From Octopus bimaculoides (taxonomy: Eukaryota), in assembly GCF_001194135.2 (NCBI RefSeq), contig NC_068989.1:89261023-89312231 (forward strand): DNA of 51,209 nucleotides, given 5' to 3'. The notes under the pieces were generated by a model. That model was not told the DNA's origin. It saw only the letters and a list, made by a program, of their open reading frames with translations, and ran no database searches. This document shows, piece by piece, positions 12,331-25,900 of this stretch. The position numbers were made by a program, and so were the translations under genes. Numbering within the stretch: position 1 is the stretch's first letter; every line of letters starts with the position of its first letter.

Positions 12331-13099
12331 TCAAAGTATACGGTTTTATAAGTCTAGTACATCTATTAAAAAAAGAGGGGAATGATATTCAATGCTGCTT
12401 TATAGAACATACACATGTTTCAATAAGTGGCTGTCATAAATACATAACAATTGTAAAAATATTATACACTCTTGCTTCATCAGTGTTCTGCAATAAATAC
12501 AAGTACTGAAGGCTCACCATATATATATATATATATATACACATACAAATTCTTTCCGTTATGCAAATTATCAACAACTTCACATACTGCACAATGTAGC
12601 AGAAGACAGAAAACTGACCCTGGATGCCTCTATTAAACCTGAGTATGCATATATGTATAATGTGTGCATATATGTATATATGTTAGGAATTACATATATC
12701 ACTTATTTTAGATGCAAAGATCTGTCCTGAGGATAAACAACAATTATGATAAATAAAATCAACTTATTAAGGCAGATTTGTTGGTATATTTAGGTATAAA
12801 TTGAAAGCAATAATATGAAGAAAAATGATCAAGCCAAAGCATGTCTAGGAGTATATTATTTGATCATTCTTTTAGCTGTTGTTTCTAGTGGATCGACGAG
12901 CATGCATGCATTACCTCCAGATTGGAACCCAAATTTTACAGTGGTCGTTTCTTTGATTTCCTTAGAATTACCTCACTTATCCCTGTCTTTCCTTCCTTTC
13001 TCTGTAACACTGTTTTAAACAACATTTGTTTGTAAAAATAAGATACATTTTGAGTTTCGTATATGAATAGGAAGCTTGAGAGCTGTTTTCTGGGATATG

Positions 13100-13530
13100 T
13101 ATGTATGTATATATAAATGTATATATATGTATGCATATGTATATATATATATATAAACACGTGTGTACATATGTATGAGGTATATATACATATATGTATA
13201 TATACTTATATATACATATATGTATATATACTTATATGTATATATACTTATATGTATATATACTTATATGTATATATACATATATGTATATATACATATA
13301 TGTATATATACATATATGTATATATTTATGTATATATATGTATGTATATGCGTATATATATGTATATATAAATATATACATAAGTATATATTTATATATA
13401 TATATATTATTTTTTATTTTCCTATATATATGTATATACATATATATACACACAAATGTATATACATATATATGTATATATACATATACATATATATATG
13501 TATATATAGATATATATGTACATATATATG

Positions 13531-13576
<46 letters not shown>

Positions 13577-13593
13577 CATATATATATACACAC

Positions 13594-13625
<32 letters not shown>

Positions 13626-13680
13626 CTTATGTGTGTATATATATATGTGTGTGTGTTGAGTATGTATATACACACTTATA
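13100..13680. repeat. Large compound (TA)n/(TATG)n microsatellite
   Basis: About 580 bp of TA, TATG and TACATA units; source of the YI-repeat ORFs. Confidence 0.95.
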
Positions 13681-15519
13681 TAGAGGGAGAAGGGAAATGA
13701 TAAGTAGTCTTGAATGACATAAAATAGAGAGAGAAAAAAAAGATAGTTACAATGATTCTCTTCTATAACAATTTCATTCCATTTGGGATGCATTATTATA
13801 GCAATAGAAACCAACACAGTATATTACTGGTACCTTATTTTATTGATTCAGGGGGATGAAAGACAAAGTTGATCTTGGCAGGATTTGAATGCCGAACATA
13901 AACGGCCATAGCTAAATACTGCTTGGCATCTTGTTCGACACTCTACAAATTCTGCCAATAAATATTTTTACGTAGCAAACAATACATATGAAAAATACAT
14001 TTTGTCACAAGTAGATTAGTGATAAGAAATATAGAATATAATTTATAATGTTAAAATATTAATTTGAATTAGATTGGGTGTAAACAATATAAATACCAAT
14101 CAAAGACAGAAGTGCCAGTGGCTTACTGTTTTAGAATTGGTTTCTGTCATAGGCACAAAGCCTCGAATTTAGAAGATAGGTATAATTGATTAAATTGAAT
14201 CCAATAACTGTTTGATCCTTTATTTTTGTTGAACCCATGAAAGACAGAGTTAACCTTGGTGGGATTTGAACTTGGAAAGTAAAGGATCATAATTAAATAC
14301 CACAAGGAACCTGCCAATCCACCTCCCAGTTTGAATATTTCAACTTATTGTTGAAAAAAGTGTACGACTGATTGAATTGACTCCACTTTGCTAATGAACC
14401 TAGAAGTTTGAACAGCAGAATGAATTTGGAAAATTGGGGGCTTGTTGCTCTTCTATTCTCTATTAAATTCATGTTAATAATTTTATTATTAAAGTGTGTG
14501 TAATATTTAAAAAAGTATACTTGATAAGTTAGAAATTGTGCCACTAGTTCTATGGTTGATGCAGTTGGTTTTACCGTTCTATGAGATGATAATTTTTCAA
14601 TTGAATTTATTCCACTTTGCTGGTATGTCACTCGTTTTTGTATAACCTGTTCTACCAGAAAGGGTTAAAGAAATTTACTATTCACTTTTGGGGTTATAAG
14701 TGAGGTGGTAGAGAGAACCAGGTAGCAGATAATGAGCAGCAGGGAAAAAGGATATTACAACCACCAGGTTAAATTGGGGGCTGAGTGCACAAAGGGCTGC
14801 TTCATATACACTGGTTGAAATGGTTATCAGCAAAACACAGAAACAGTTTATGTTGAGCATACAAACTATATACACATGTGTGTGTAAGTGCATGTGTGTT
14901 GTATTGAAAACATGTCAGTGTTCTAATTTTAAGTTATTTATTAGGATTTTTAAAATATTTTAGTATGAGACCCTTGCAGTTTGTATGGGACAATGAAGTT
15001 TCTAAATCCATCATTAATGTTTCTAGGTCTTCATAGTCTCATCATCAGGAGTTGATATGAAAATATATAAAAAAGAAACTAAAAAAGTCAAAACTAAAAC
15101 ATAGTTATGTTAACAGGCCATGTCCAAATGGAAGCTGTTCACTCAATATATTATTATGTAGATGCATACATCAATCACACACACACACATATATGCATGT
15201 GTGTGTGTGTGCATGTGTTCATTTGCATCCTAGCAGCTTCAGTTGCTGACATCACCAAATCAAAGAATATTGTCAGGTGTTGAAATTGTGATGATATTTG
15301 CTTCACTGCTGATGAAGGGTTGAGCCTGTCTGCATCTATTGTGCATGTAGTGTTTTTCCATAAATTCCATTGCCATACCCTTGTATATATATATATATAT
15401 ATATATATACAAGGGTATGGCAATGGAATCATCATCATCATCGTTTATCAATTGATATTCATTGTCTCCAAAAGTTTGGAATACATGTATAGAAATCTGC
15501 CACTGATCCAATGCCACTA

Positions 15520-15650
15520 TCATTGAATGTACACTAAACAGGCACTGACTGAGACAGCTTGGACATAAGGTCAACACTTAGCTCTAGGACTGAAGAAATG
15601 GTTCAAACATCAGTTGAGGACCACTTTGAAATGGAGATGAAAAGAGGAAC
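15520..15650 (+). mobile_element. Possible ancient RTE LINE relic
   Basis: KQALTETAWT*GQHLALGLKKWFKHQLRTTLK resembles the RTE C-terminal KQ.LY.EL..G.R..GG.KKRFKD.LK..LK pattern. Confidence 0.3.
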
Positions 15651-16022
15651 ACTACAAGGTACCAAAATGATGCAGAAGATGTTATCACAGGATTTGATGG
15701 ACAGCCATAAGCAATTAAATTATATATAAACATGCACACATGAGTGGTGTGCAATCAGGGGTAGTGCAAACTGGACATAAAGTTGGGGCCTGATTAATCC
15801 TAGCTCAGTCACCTGGGTGAGGGAGTCTGATTGTTGAAAGACCCGAAATATCTAATGACCTTAAGAAACGTCCCTGATAAGTAGTCCAGGTGCATCACAA
15901 GATAATATAAGGTATACCCTCTCATATCCATATATATAGAAAGAAAGAGAGAATATTTTCTGAGTATAAATCTTGTTTGGTTTTTTACCTCATCTTATTA
16001 TTTTTTGCATCATAAACACAGG

Positions 16023-16074
<52 letters not shown>

Positions 16075-16497
16075 TACATACATAATATATATGCTTGCTC
16101 CACACACCCACACACATATACATATTCTTTTACTTGTTTCAGTCATTTGACAGTGGCCATGCTGGAGCACCACCTTTACTTGAACAAATTGACCCGAGGA
16201 CTTATTCTTTATTAGCCTAGTACTTTATTCTATTGGTCTCTTTTGCCGATCCACTAAGTTATGGGGGACATAAACACACCAACATTGGTTGTCAAGTAAC
16301 GGTAGTGGGACAAACATGTTCATATACATATATATGATAAGCTTCATTCAGTTTCCGTCTACCAAATCCACTCACTAGGCTTTGGTTGGCCTGAGGATAT
16401 AGTAGAAGGCACTTGCCCAAGGTGCTACGCAGTGGGATTGAACCCAGAACCATGTGGTTGGGAAACAAGCTTCTTACCACACAGCCACTCCTATGCC

Positions 16498-16543
<46 letters not shown>

Positions 16544-17087
16544 TACACACAGAGGCTTACATATACAAATATGCCAAGATACAAATGCCTGAGGTTCATA
16601 GTCCAATTTATTCCCTGAAATTTAAGTAATTGATCAATGGTGGCTTGAGATGGTTGGCACATTCCATCTGCAAGGTTTTCTTCTTAATTAGGTATTAGAG
16701 GCTCAAATGATTTGAAATCAAAATGCAGACAAAGAAAGGCTCTGGTGGGGTGGGTAGAAAGCCAGAAATGGAGAGAGGGAGAGAGAGAGAGAGAGAAGGG
16801 ATAGAGTTAATTATAGAGATCCCTAAATGGAATTGTTTTAGATAAGAACGACAGGAAACGTTAACCTTCAGACTTGAACTTACAACCTAGAGGGATGTAA
16901 CTAGATACAAGTTATATTGTCTGATGTTCTACTGATCCTGCTATGAACCACCTAAAGCAGGTAATAATAATAATAATAATAATAATTAATTCGTTTTATT
17001 GGCTGATATCAATTAAAAACATGTAAGGAAAAAGACAGGACAAAGGTTACAAAAGGTTTTGTCCGAAAAGGTAGGAAAGTTTGTCTT

Positions 17088-17905
17088 TTCTACTACAGGT
17101 ACAAGGTTTGAAATTTTGTGGGGAAGGGGTAAGTTGATTACATCAACCCCGAAAAGATGAAAGATATGGTTGGCTTCAATGGAATTTGAACCCAAAATGT
17201 AAAGACAAGACATGCCACTGAGCCTATTGTTCAGCATGCTAACGATTTTGCCAACTCACTGCTGTAATAACAATAATAATAATCCTTTCTACAATAGGCA
17301 CAAGGCCTGGAATTATTTGGGGGGGTGGGGGTTAGTTGATTTCGTCAACCCCAGTTGCCAACTGGTACTTGTTATTATCCAAAATGGCAAACTGACAGTC
17401 ATTAGCATGCCTGGCATGCAAATAATTTTGCCAGCCTGCCGTCTTTGATAATAGCAATACATTCTACTGGAAGCATAAGGCCTCAAATTTTTGTGGGAGA
17501 CAGTCATTATATTGACCCTGAAAAAATGAAAAGCAAAGTTGACTTTGGTGGAATTTGAACTGAGAACGTAGAAACAGGTGAAATACCACTAAGCATTTTG
17601 AACCAGTGTGCTAACAATTCTGCCAGCTCACTGCCTTAATAATAATAATAATAATAATAATAATGATGGTTTCAAATTTTGGCACAAGGCCAGCAATTTC
17701 AGGAGAGGGGTTAAGTTGATTACATTGACCCCAGTGGTCAACTGGTACTTAATTTATCAACCTCGAAAGGATGAAAGGCAAAGTCGACCTCGGCGGAATT
17801 TGAACTCAGAATGTAAAGAAGTACAACATACTGCAAAGCATTTTGCCCGGTGTGCTAATGGTTCTGCCAGCTTGCTGCTTTATTAATAATAATAATTATT
17901 ATAAT
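17088..17905 (-). mobile_element. Head-to-tail array of four SINE-A copies joined by (AAT)n
   Basis: Copies at about 17088-17263, 17284-17447, 17461-17637, 17666-17880. Confidence 0.8.
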
Positions 17906-18449
17906 GAGGATGATGAGAATGATGATTTGTAGATGAAGGGAGACAAAAATGGGATGTTATATCAGTCATGTCTCTATCTAAGACATAAACAATGTGCTGC
18001 ATGAAGCAAAGTTCAAGTCGAGAATAAAAACCGTTGTACAGAATCTTTGCCTCATTGAGAAAAATCCTTGTATATGTTACAACTTCTCCCCTTTATATCA
18101 TGAATAAGAATAGCCCAATGGGTTGAGAGGACATGGAGTGGTACTCTATCACCATGTGGTCTGTGGTACCACAAGAAGGGAGGGGTTCAAAGACTGCCAA
18201 AGTTTCAGCAATTTACAAATGTGTCCTTCAAGGGCAAAAATATCTCAGGGAGAGAGAGAGAGATTGTATTTTCGTAGGCAGCGGGAACACTGTATAATTG
18301 ATCTGTGTTTCACCAATGTACAATAATGAGTGTAAAGTCCTCTTACCCTCCAGAGGAGAATGTCCATGCTAGAAAGAACAGTTGATACAGCAGTACCATG
18401 AAGAAATGGAACTTCTAGTTACTACAAACTTCTTTTGGTAGGGTGGGGC

Positions 18450-18610
18450 AAGCTATTATTATTATTATTATTATTATTATTTAATTCTTTCTCAACCACC
18501 TTTGAGACCTGTATCGAGGGTGGGAAGGTTTATTATTACATACCTTAATACCTGTGTTCAAGGGTGGCGCAGCAGCAGCCCCGACACATTGGAGACACTT
18601 TGTCAGGTGT
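18450..18610 (-). mobile_element. Possible 3' end of a second (TAA)n-associated non-LTR element
   Basis: GC-richer unique segment ending ...gagaaagaattaaataataataat on the minus strand; no clear protein motif. Confidence 0.25.
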
Positions 18611-19436
18611 TAAAATTAATAAACAACAACAAAAGCAATGAACAACAACAACAATAGTAACAATAACAACAGAACAGTTATTTTATAAAGCGTTATAACA
18701 AAAATAAAAAAACAAAAACAATCACAAATATTCTATAAAATTTCCATGGACCCCACCCTCAGCTCCTGATCCCTTCCTCAGAACCACCCTTTGTTCAATT
18801 CATATTTTTTTAGGTGTTTTTGAGGAGTGGTGGTGGTTGAGATTGGGTAGGTCTTTAAAAAACAACCAAAAATAAAATTCAAAAACAAAACAACCTCAAA
18901 AAGACATGTTAATGATTTTTAAATGTTAATTCATGATTACGAAAAAGCAAAGCAAAAGTGGGTCAAAATGAAATTTAGAGAGGGGTGGGCAGTTATGGAT
19001 TCTTTTTATTTGTATAGTTTCTTGCTGTTGTTTGTTAGTGCTTAGAAGAAATGCATTTTTTTTTCTTTTCTTTTATTTTATTTCTTTCTGGGACAAAGCC
19101 ACAGGGAGGAGGAGTAGAGCCTAAAGTTTTGCTTTGCAGGAAATTGAGTGAAGGGGCAGATGGGTTGAAGGTAGGTTGAAGAGGAGGGAGAGAGTTGATG
19201 GAATTGATCCCTGTTATATTGCTGGTACATATTTCATCAAATTACAAGAACACATACCATCAATGCTGACTTTAAGAGGAAATTGCAAGTCTGAAAAGTT
19301 GAATTTGTTGAAGGTTTTCAAATCTGATCGTAGGGAACCATACAAAAAACCCCATTTAGTATTCACTCCGGTGCCATAATAGTTTCTACCAATTCACTGC
19401 TCAAACAATATCTACAACAACAACAATAATAATGGT

Positions 19437-20070
19437 TTCTGATTCAGAGGAGAGTGTAAGTAGATATCTTCAACCCCAGCTCTGGTATTTTATTTCTTTG
19501 ACCCAGAAGGCCAAGCTGACCCTCATGAGATTTGAACACAGAATGTAAAGAACCTGATGGAAAACTGTAAGAATTTGTTCCAATGTTCTTCTGATTCTTA
19601 TTACAAGCCCCACAATAATAGTAATAATAACAAATAATTCTTCCTACATTAGGCACAAGGCCTGGAATTTTGGGGGAAGGGGCCAATTGATTACATTGAC
19701 CCCCCATTGTTTCACTAGGACTAATTTTATTGGTACTGAAAGAATGAAAGACAAAGTCATCCTTGGTGGAATTTGAACTCAGAATGTTCAGAAGACAGAG
19801 ATGAAATGCTATCAAGTATTTTCTCTGGCATGCTAATGGTTTGCTAGCTTCCTGCTTTAGTAATAATCCTTTCTACTCTAGGTAAAAGGCCTGAATTTTT
19901 GGAGAGGGTCCAGTTGATTAGATTGAAACCAATATGCAACTGGTATTTATTTTATCGATCGCTAAAGGATGAAAGATAAAATCAAACCTCGGCGGAATTT
20001 GAACTCAGAACGTAACAGCATATGAAATACCACTAAGCAGTTCGCCTGGCGTGCTAACATTTCTGCCACC

Positions 20071-20103
<33 letters not shown>

Positions 20104-20323
20104 TTCTTTTCAACTCTAGGAAGAAGGCCCGAAATTTTTGGAGGGGAGGGGGCCAGTCAATTAGATTGAAACCACTATGCAACTGGTACTTAATTTATTG
20201 ACCCCAAAAGAATGAAAGGCAAAGTCGACCACGGCGGAATTTGACCTCAGAACGTAAAGACGGACAAAATACCACTAAGCATTTCGCTCGGCGTGTTAAC
20301 GTTTCTGGCAGCTTGCTGCCTTC

Positions 20324-20356
<33 letters not shown>

Positions 20357-20620
20357 TTAATAATAATAATAATAATAATAATTATAATATTAATAGTTAA
20401 CATAGACCAAAATGCCAGAAAATCTTTGTGGGTAGGAGTTTAATCAATTTGATCAACTTACTCTCTCAATCTAACATGAGCAGTATATTATTTTACACAC
20501 AGCCCTGGAAAGAAGGGAGGCGAAGTTGACTCCCGTCTTCAGTAGGATTTGAACTCAGAATCATAATGGAACATGACGAAATACCGTACGGCATTGTGTT
20601 CAATGCCCCGTCCACCCTGC
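19437..20620 (-). mobile_element. Head-to-tail array of five SINE-A copies joined by (AAT)n
   Basis: Copies at about 19437-19610, 19637-19858, 19866-20072, 20104-20322, 20398-20620. Confidence 0.8.
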
Positions 20621-20826
20621 TGCACAGGATAATATTATGAACAAGAAAGAAACCGTTATTGTTATTAACACTTAGAAAAATATAATACAGTTAAAAATAT
20701 ATGTGTAGTGTTTGTCACGATAATACTGATTAAAAAACAAAACAAAGAAAATCAAACAGCTACAAAAATAAGAATAAATGTGTTATATATATGTGTGTTA
20801 TATATCTATGTTTATGTACATGTGTG

Positions 20827-20858
<32 letters not shown>

Positions 20859-20932
20859 AATTTATGTATATATACATATATGAACATATATGTATATGTT
20901 TACACACACACACGTTTACCTATACATATGTT

Positions 20933-20964
<32 letters not shown>

Positions 20965-21081
20965 NNNNNNNNNNNNNNNNNNNNNNNNNNNNNNNNNNNN
21001 NNNNNNNNNNNNNNNNNNNNNNNNNNNNNNNNNNNNNNNNNNNNNNNNNNNNNNNNNNNNNNNNNNNNNNNNNNNNNNNNN

Positions 21082-21133
<52 letters not shown>

Positions 21134-21350
21134 AACATAAACATTTATATATATATATATATATATAAAAACATATATATATTTATATGTATCAACATAT
21201 ATATTTATATATCTCTAAACATATATAACAAAAGTCAGGTTTTGCTGAAGTCATAAGCTGGTAACAAATTGTGACAGAGACAGAGATTCATGCATTGTCA
21301 CAGTCACAGACATCCATGGGTGTTGCCGTTTCTCTTCTCATTTGCCCTCC

Positions 21351-21507
21351 TCATTCGCTAAGCTGAATGTGACGTTCTTCAGGTGGAGGGATTCTTTGCC
21401 AAGGTGACCAGCTGATGATGAACAAGACTATCCCGACAAAAGCCACAAGCACCAATCCCATACTGTTAATGAGTTTCCCTTCGAGTTCCGTTGGGTAGTT
21501 GGATTTC
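21351..21507 (-). CDS. CYB561: CYB561 last coding exon (KSNYPTELEGKLINSMGL...PPPEERHIQLSE*)
   Basis: Not in the ORF track; acceptor ttctttgcag|G completes TTG (Leu); TM6 with EG..N..GL pattern; TGA at 21353-21351. Confidence 0.92.
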
Positions 21508-22790
21508 CTGCAAAGAAATGAATTCAATTATATATATATATATATATATATAGTCCTCAGTCAAATTGTCCAACCCATGCTAGCATGGAAAGCGGATGTT
21601 AAACGATGATGATGATATTCTGTTTTTTTTTCATTCTTTTTACTTGTTTCAGTCATTTGACTGCGGCCATGCTGGAGCACCGCCTTTAGTTGAAGAAATT
21701 GACCCCAGGATTTATTCTTTGTAAGCCTAGTACTTATTCTATCAAACTGCTAAGTTATGGGGATGTAAACACACCAACATTGGTCGTCAAGCGATGGTGG
21801 GGGGAACAAACATAGACACACAAATACATACATACATATANNNNNNNNNNGTGGAGGGAACAAACATAGACACACAAATACATGCATACATATATATATG
21901 ATGGGCTTCTTTCAATTTCCATCTACCAAATCCACTCATAAAGCTTTGGTTGGCCCGAGGCTATATAAGAGAAGACACTTGCCCAATGTGCCACGCAGTA
22001 GGACTGAACCCGGAACCATGTGATTGGGAAGCAAGCTTCTTACCACACAGCCACTCTTGCACCTATATATATATAATGTATGTATATATCATCAGCATTT
22101 AACTCTTTGTTACTGTATTTTTGTTGAGATGCTCTGTGTTTCTTTCAATTACATTAAATATAACAAAGAATTTAGTAAAATAACTTAGTTATCATTCAGC
22201 TAGTGTTAGGAACATAAATTGTGACAAAGGTTTAGTGGAAGATTCTAATTCAAAACTTATGAAAACAAGACATTTTTAGTACACAGCCAGAGGTGGTTTC
22301 AGCCAGGTTGGTGTCGAAAGGGTTAAAGCCTGTTTTCCATGCTGGCATGGGTTGTACAGTTTGATAGGAGATGGCAATTCAGGAGACAGTGCCAAGCTCT
22401 AGAATCTGCTTTGGCATGGTTTCCATGGCTGGATGCTCTTTCTAATGCTATGTCTATCATCATCATCATCATCGTTTAATGTCCCCTTTCCATACTGGCT
22501 AGCAGGGAATTGTTCAGACTCCAGTTGTCTGTTGTGGCATGGTTTCTACAGCTGGATACCCTTCCTAATGCCCACCACTTAGCAGAGTGTGCTTCTTACA
22601 TGCCAAGTTCACTGTACTCTATATATATATATGTATACATATTTATATATACATCTATATATTTAAACACACAGACAGTTATATGCATATACATACACCC
22701 ACTCATCATCATCATCATCGTTTAACGTCCGCTTTCCATGCTATATACATCTATACATTTACACACAGTTATATGCATATACATCCCCCA

Positions 22791-22829
<39 letters not shown>

Positions 22830-22958
22830 GTACACACAGACATAGGTATATTCATATATATATATATACATAGACATACACACATATATTCACATATATA
22901 TAGAAACACATATATTCATATACATATATGTGCATATATATACAGATACGCACACATT

Positions 22959-22992
<34 letters not shown>

Positions 22993-25900
22993 GATATGCA
23001 CACTATAGTAGAAGGCACTTGCTCAAGGGACCACACAGTGGGACTGAACCTGGAAACATGTTGTTGGGAAGCAAACCTTTTACCACACAGCCATGTCTGT
23101 GCATACACACACACACAAACATTACACACAGAATTATAACAGCTAAAATTCTCCACAAATCTAATGCATACTTACAAAGCGAAAAATGCCTTCTCAGTCA
23201 TGCCAGTCAAGCATGAAATCGCTGCCATTACCAGGATGGCCTTTCCAAAGAAAGTATGGAAGGGCATCAACTGTTCTCGCAAATTATAGCTGATACCAGG
23301 CCACATGAAACTAACAAATGCAACAACGACCTGCAATGAGATGAGAAAATTTTCATTAAAATATCAAGAGTTGTAAAGTAAACAATGTGGTGTTGGGCAG
23401 CATTGGATTGCAATGTGCAGTATTGGGTAGGGAATGTGCAATGTTTGATTGTAATGTGTATTGCTGAGCAATGCAGCATTGCATTGTGCAATGCAGCATT
23501 GCATTGTGCAATGCAGTGTTGTGTATTGTAATTTGCAATGCTGTTATGTGCAAGGCAAGGTTTAATGTGCAGTATTGTGCAGTGCTATAATGAGCAGCAT
23601 TGTATTATAAAGTGCAATGTCATAGGAGTGTTGTTTTATGCATCATTGTGCATTCTTGTATTGTACAGGACTGTGTTGTATTGCACAACACTGTTGTGTT
23701 ATGTAAGAAGATGTGTTGCATTCTGTCATGCAGTGGGGAATTTTGCATAAGTAAGAGACAGATCTCATCATGGATGCCACATGTTTGATACTTGTTGGCA
23801 TGGTGCACCCCGTGCTGGCAGTATGGTGGCACATCCAGTCACTTATTATGTACTGCGATGCAACAGCTGACGTCATTGCTGTCACAAAGAAACTATGTAG
23901 TGGAAGACTGTAACACCAGATGCCATGACATCGAAAGTACAATATAACAAGACCAGGTGGCACTGCTGTTGTATGCAACCTTCACTTCTTAATAAAGTAC
24001 CAGTCAAATACAGGAATTGATAACCAACTTGGCCCCTCCCTTCAAAATTGATGGCTTCATGCCAAAGATTAGAAAGAATTGTTATAATGAACATATAAAA
24101 CATGTCTAGAGATTTGTTAGGCAACATTATGATATCATTATCATTTAATATCTGTTTTCCATGCTGGCATAGGTTGGATGGTTTGACAGGACCTGGCAAT
24201 ATCAGGAGCTGTACTGGGTTTCATTGCCTGTGTTGGAATGGTTTCTACAGCTAGATGCCTTTCCTAATGCCAACCACTTTACAGAGTGTGGACTGGGTGT
24301 TTTTTACAAGTTGGGGATGAAAAGTGTGTGTGTGTGTTTGTGTGTGGAGGGGGAGAAGATTGACAGGGCAGAGTCCATGCTTGAGAACAGAAAAAAAAGA
24401 GGGAAAAACAGTAAATAGCATGTTTCAGTGAAACAAAACACTTAACACATCTTTTATGTACTTCACTCATTGGACTGCGGCCATGCTTGAGCACAGCCTT
24501 GATGAGCTAGACAACCCTCCCACCATACTTATTCATAAGATTGGCATTTAATCTATTGGTCTCTTTTGCTGAATTCATGTTAAAGGGACATAAACAAACC
24601 ATGTCAGTTGTCGTGTGATGGAGGGGTGAGGAACAAACACATACACACACACACACAACACACATATATATATATATAAATACATATCATCATCATCATC
24701 ATTTAATGTCTGATGTCCATGCTGGCATGGGTTGGACGGTTTGACCAGTGCTGGTAAGCTGAGGAGCTGCACCAGACTCCAGTCTGAGTTGGCATGGTTT
24801 CTACAGATTGTAAGGTGTGCTTTTATGTGCCACTGGCATGGGCGCCATTTGCATGACACCAGTATCTGCCATGACTACAATTTGACTTGGCTTGATGGTC
24901 ATCTTCTCAAGCACGGCATATTGCCAAAGGCCTGGGCTTCCACACAGTTTCCCTCTATCAAAACAGTCAGCCATCGGTTGGCTTGCGGATACAGTAAAAG
25001 ACACTTGGTCAAGATGTGGAGCAGTGGGACTGAACCCAAAACAACAGGATTGCAAAAGGGGCTTCTTAACCGCCAACAGAAGAAAAAAAGGGGGAAATTA
25101 GAATTATTAACAAACCTGCAATGAAAACAAAAGGACGGTAGTTAAGCCGAGCCAGGAATGCAAAGTATACATGTTAGGAATTGGGGTCGAAGCCAGGTTG
25201 TGAGTGTCAAACACTGCTTTGATGCCAACAATGGCAAAAACTAGAGATGATACTTGCATGCAACAATGCAACACCTTGATACAGTATTTCTGCTGATTCC
25301 GAAACACTCTGAAGGACAAAAGAGCTGAAAAGAAGGAGAAAAAAGTTCAATAGTTAGACTGAGAGAAAAATATTTGCATAATACAAACATTAGAAGCAAA
25401 TGAAGATGTATTTTATTAATTTCAGGGGAGGAAATGGGGCTCATTCCATGGAATGGTATCATATCTCTGCTCTAAGACACAAGAATTTCAAGAGCCAATG
25501 GTCAGCGGAGAAAATAATGGTGAGTGTTTGGCAGGGGTGACAAGAGCATCATTCTCCTTGATTTTCTGTAATGAACGTGATCGTTGCCAGAGTCGCCCTA
25601 CCGGCACATGGGCTGGTGGAACGTGAAAAACAACATTCAAGTGTGGTCATTGCTAGTGCTGCCAGACTGGCTCCCGTGCAGTTATCATGTGAAAAACACC
25701 TTTTGAGCGTGGTCGTTGCCAGAACCGCCTAACTGGCCCTCGTGCCAGTGTCATGTAAAAGCACCCGTTACACTCTCAGAGTGGTTGGTATTAGGAAGGG
25801 CATCCAGCTGTAGAAACTCTGCCAGATCAGACTGAGCCTGCTACAGCCTCTGGCTCACCAGTCCTCAGTCAAGCCATCCAACCCATGGAAAGCGGACGTT

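Noticed and set aside
13117-13817. Long YI/IY/HT/CV-rich ORFs here and at 2316-2913, 20708-21256, 22587-23216 and 42446-43250
   Set aside because: Translations of (TA)n, (CA)n and (TG)n microsatellites, which lack stops in some frames
14293-14631. 112-aa minus-strand ORF ending KWSQFNQSYTFFNNKLKYSNWEVDWQVPCGI
   Set aside because: No recognisable motif and the composition resembles AT-rich non-coding DNA; a BLASTP hit would change this
21240-21350. Iron-responsive element in the proximal 3' UTR
   Set aside because: No CAGUGN loop in the sequenced proximal UTR
21288-21353. Stop-codon read-through or selenocysteine at the CYB561 TGA (20 further open codons)
   Set aside because: The context is TGA-GGA rather than TGA-CTA, no SECIS was seen, and an open stretch this short is expected by chance
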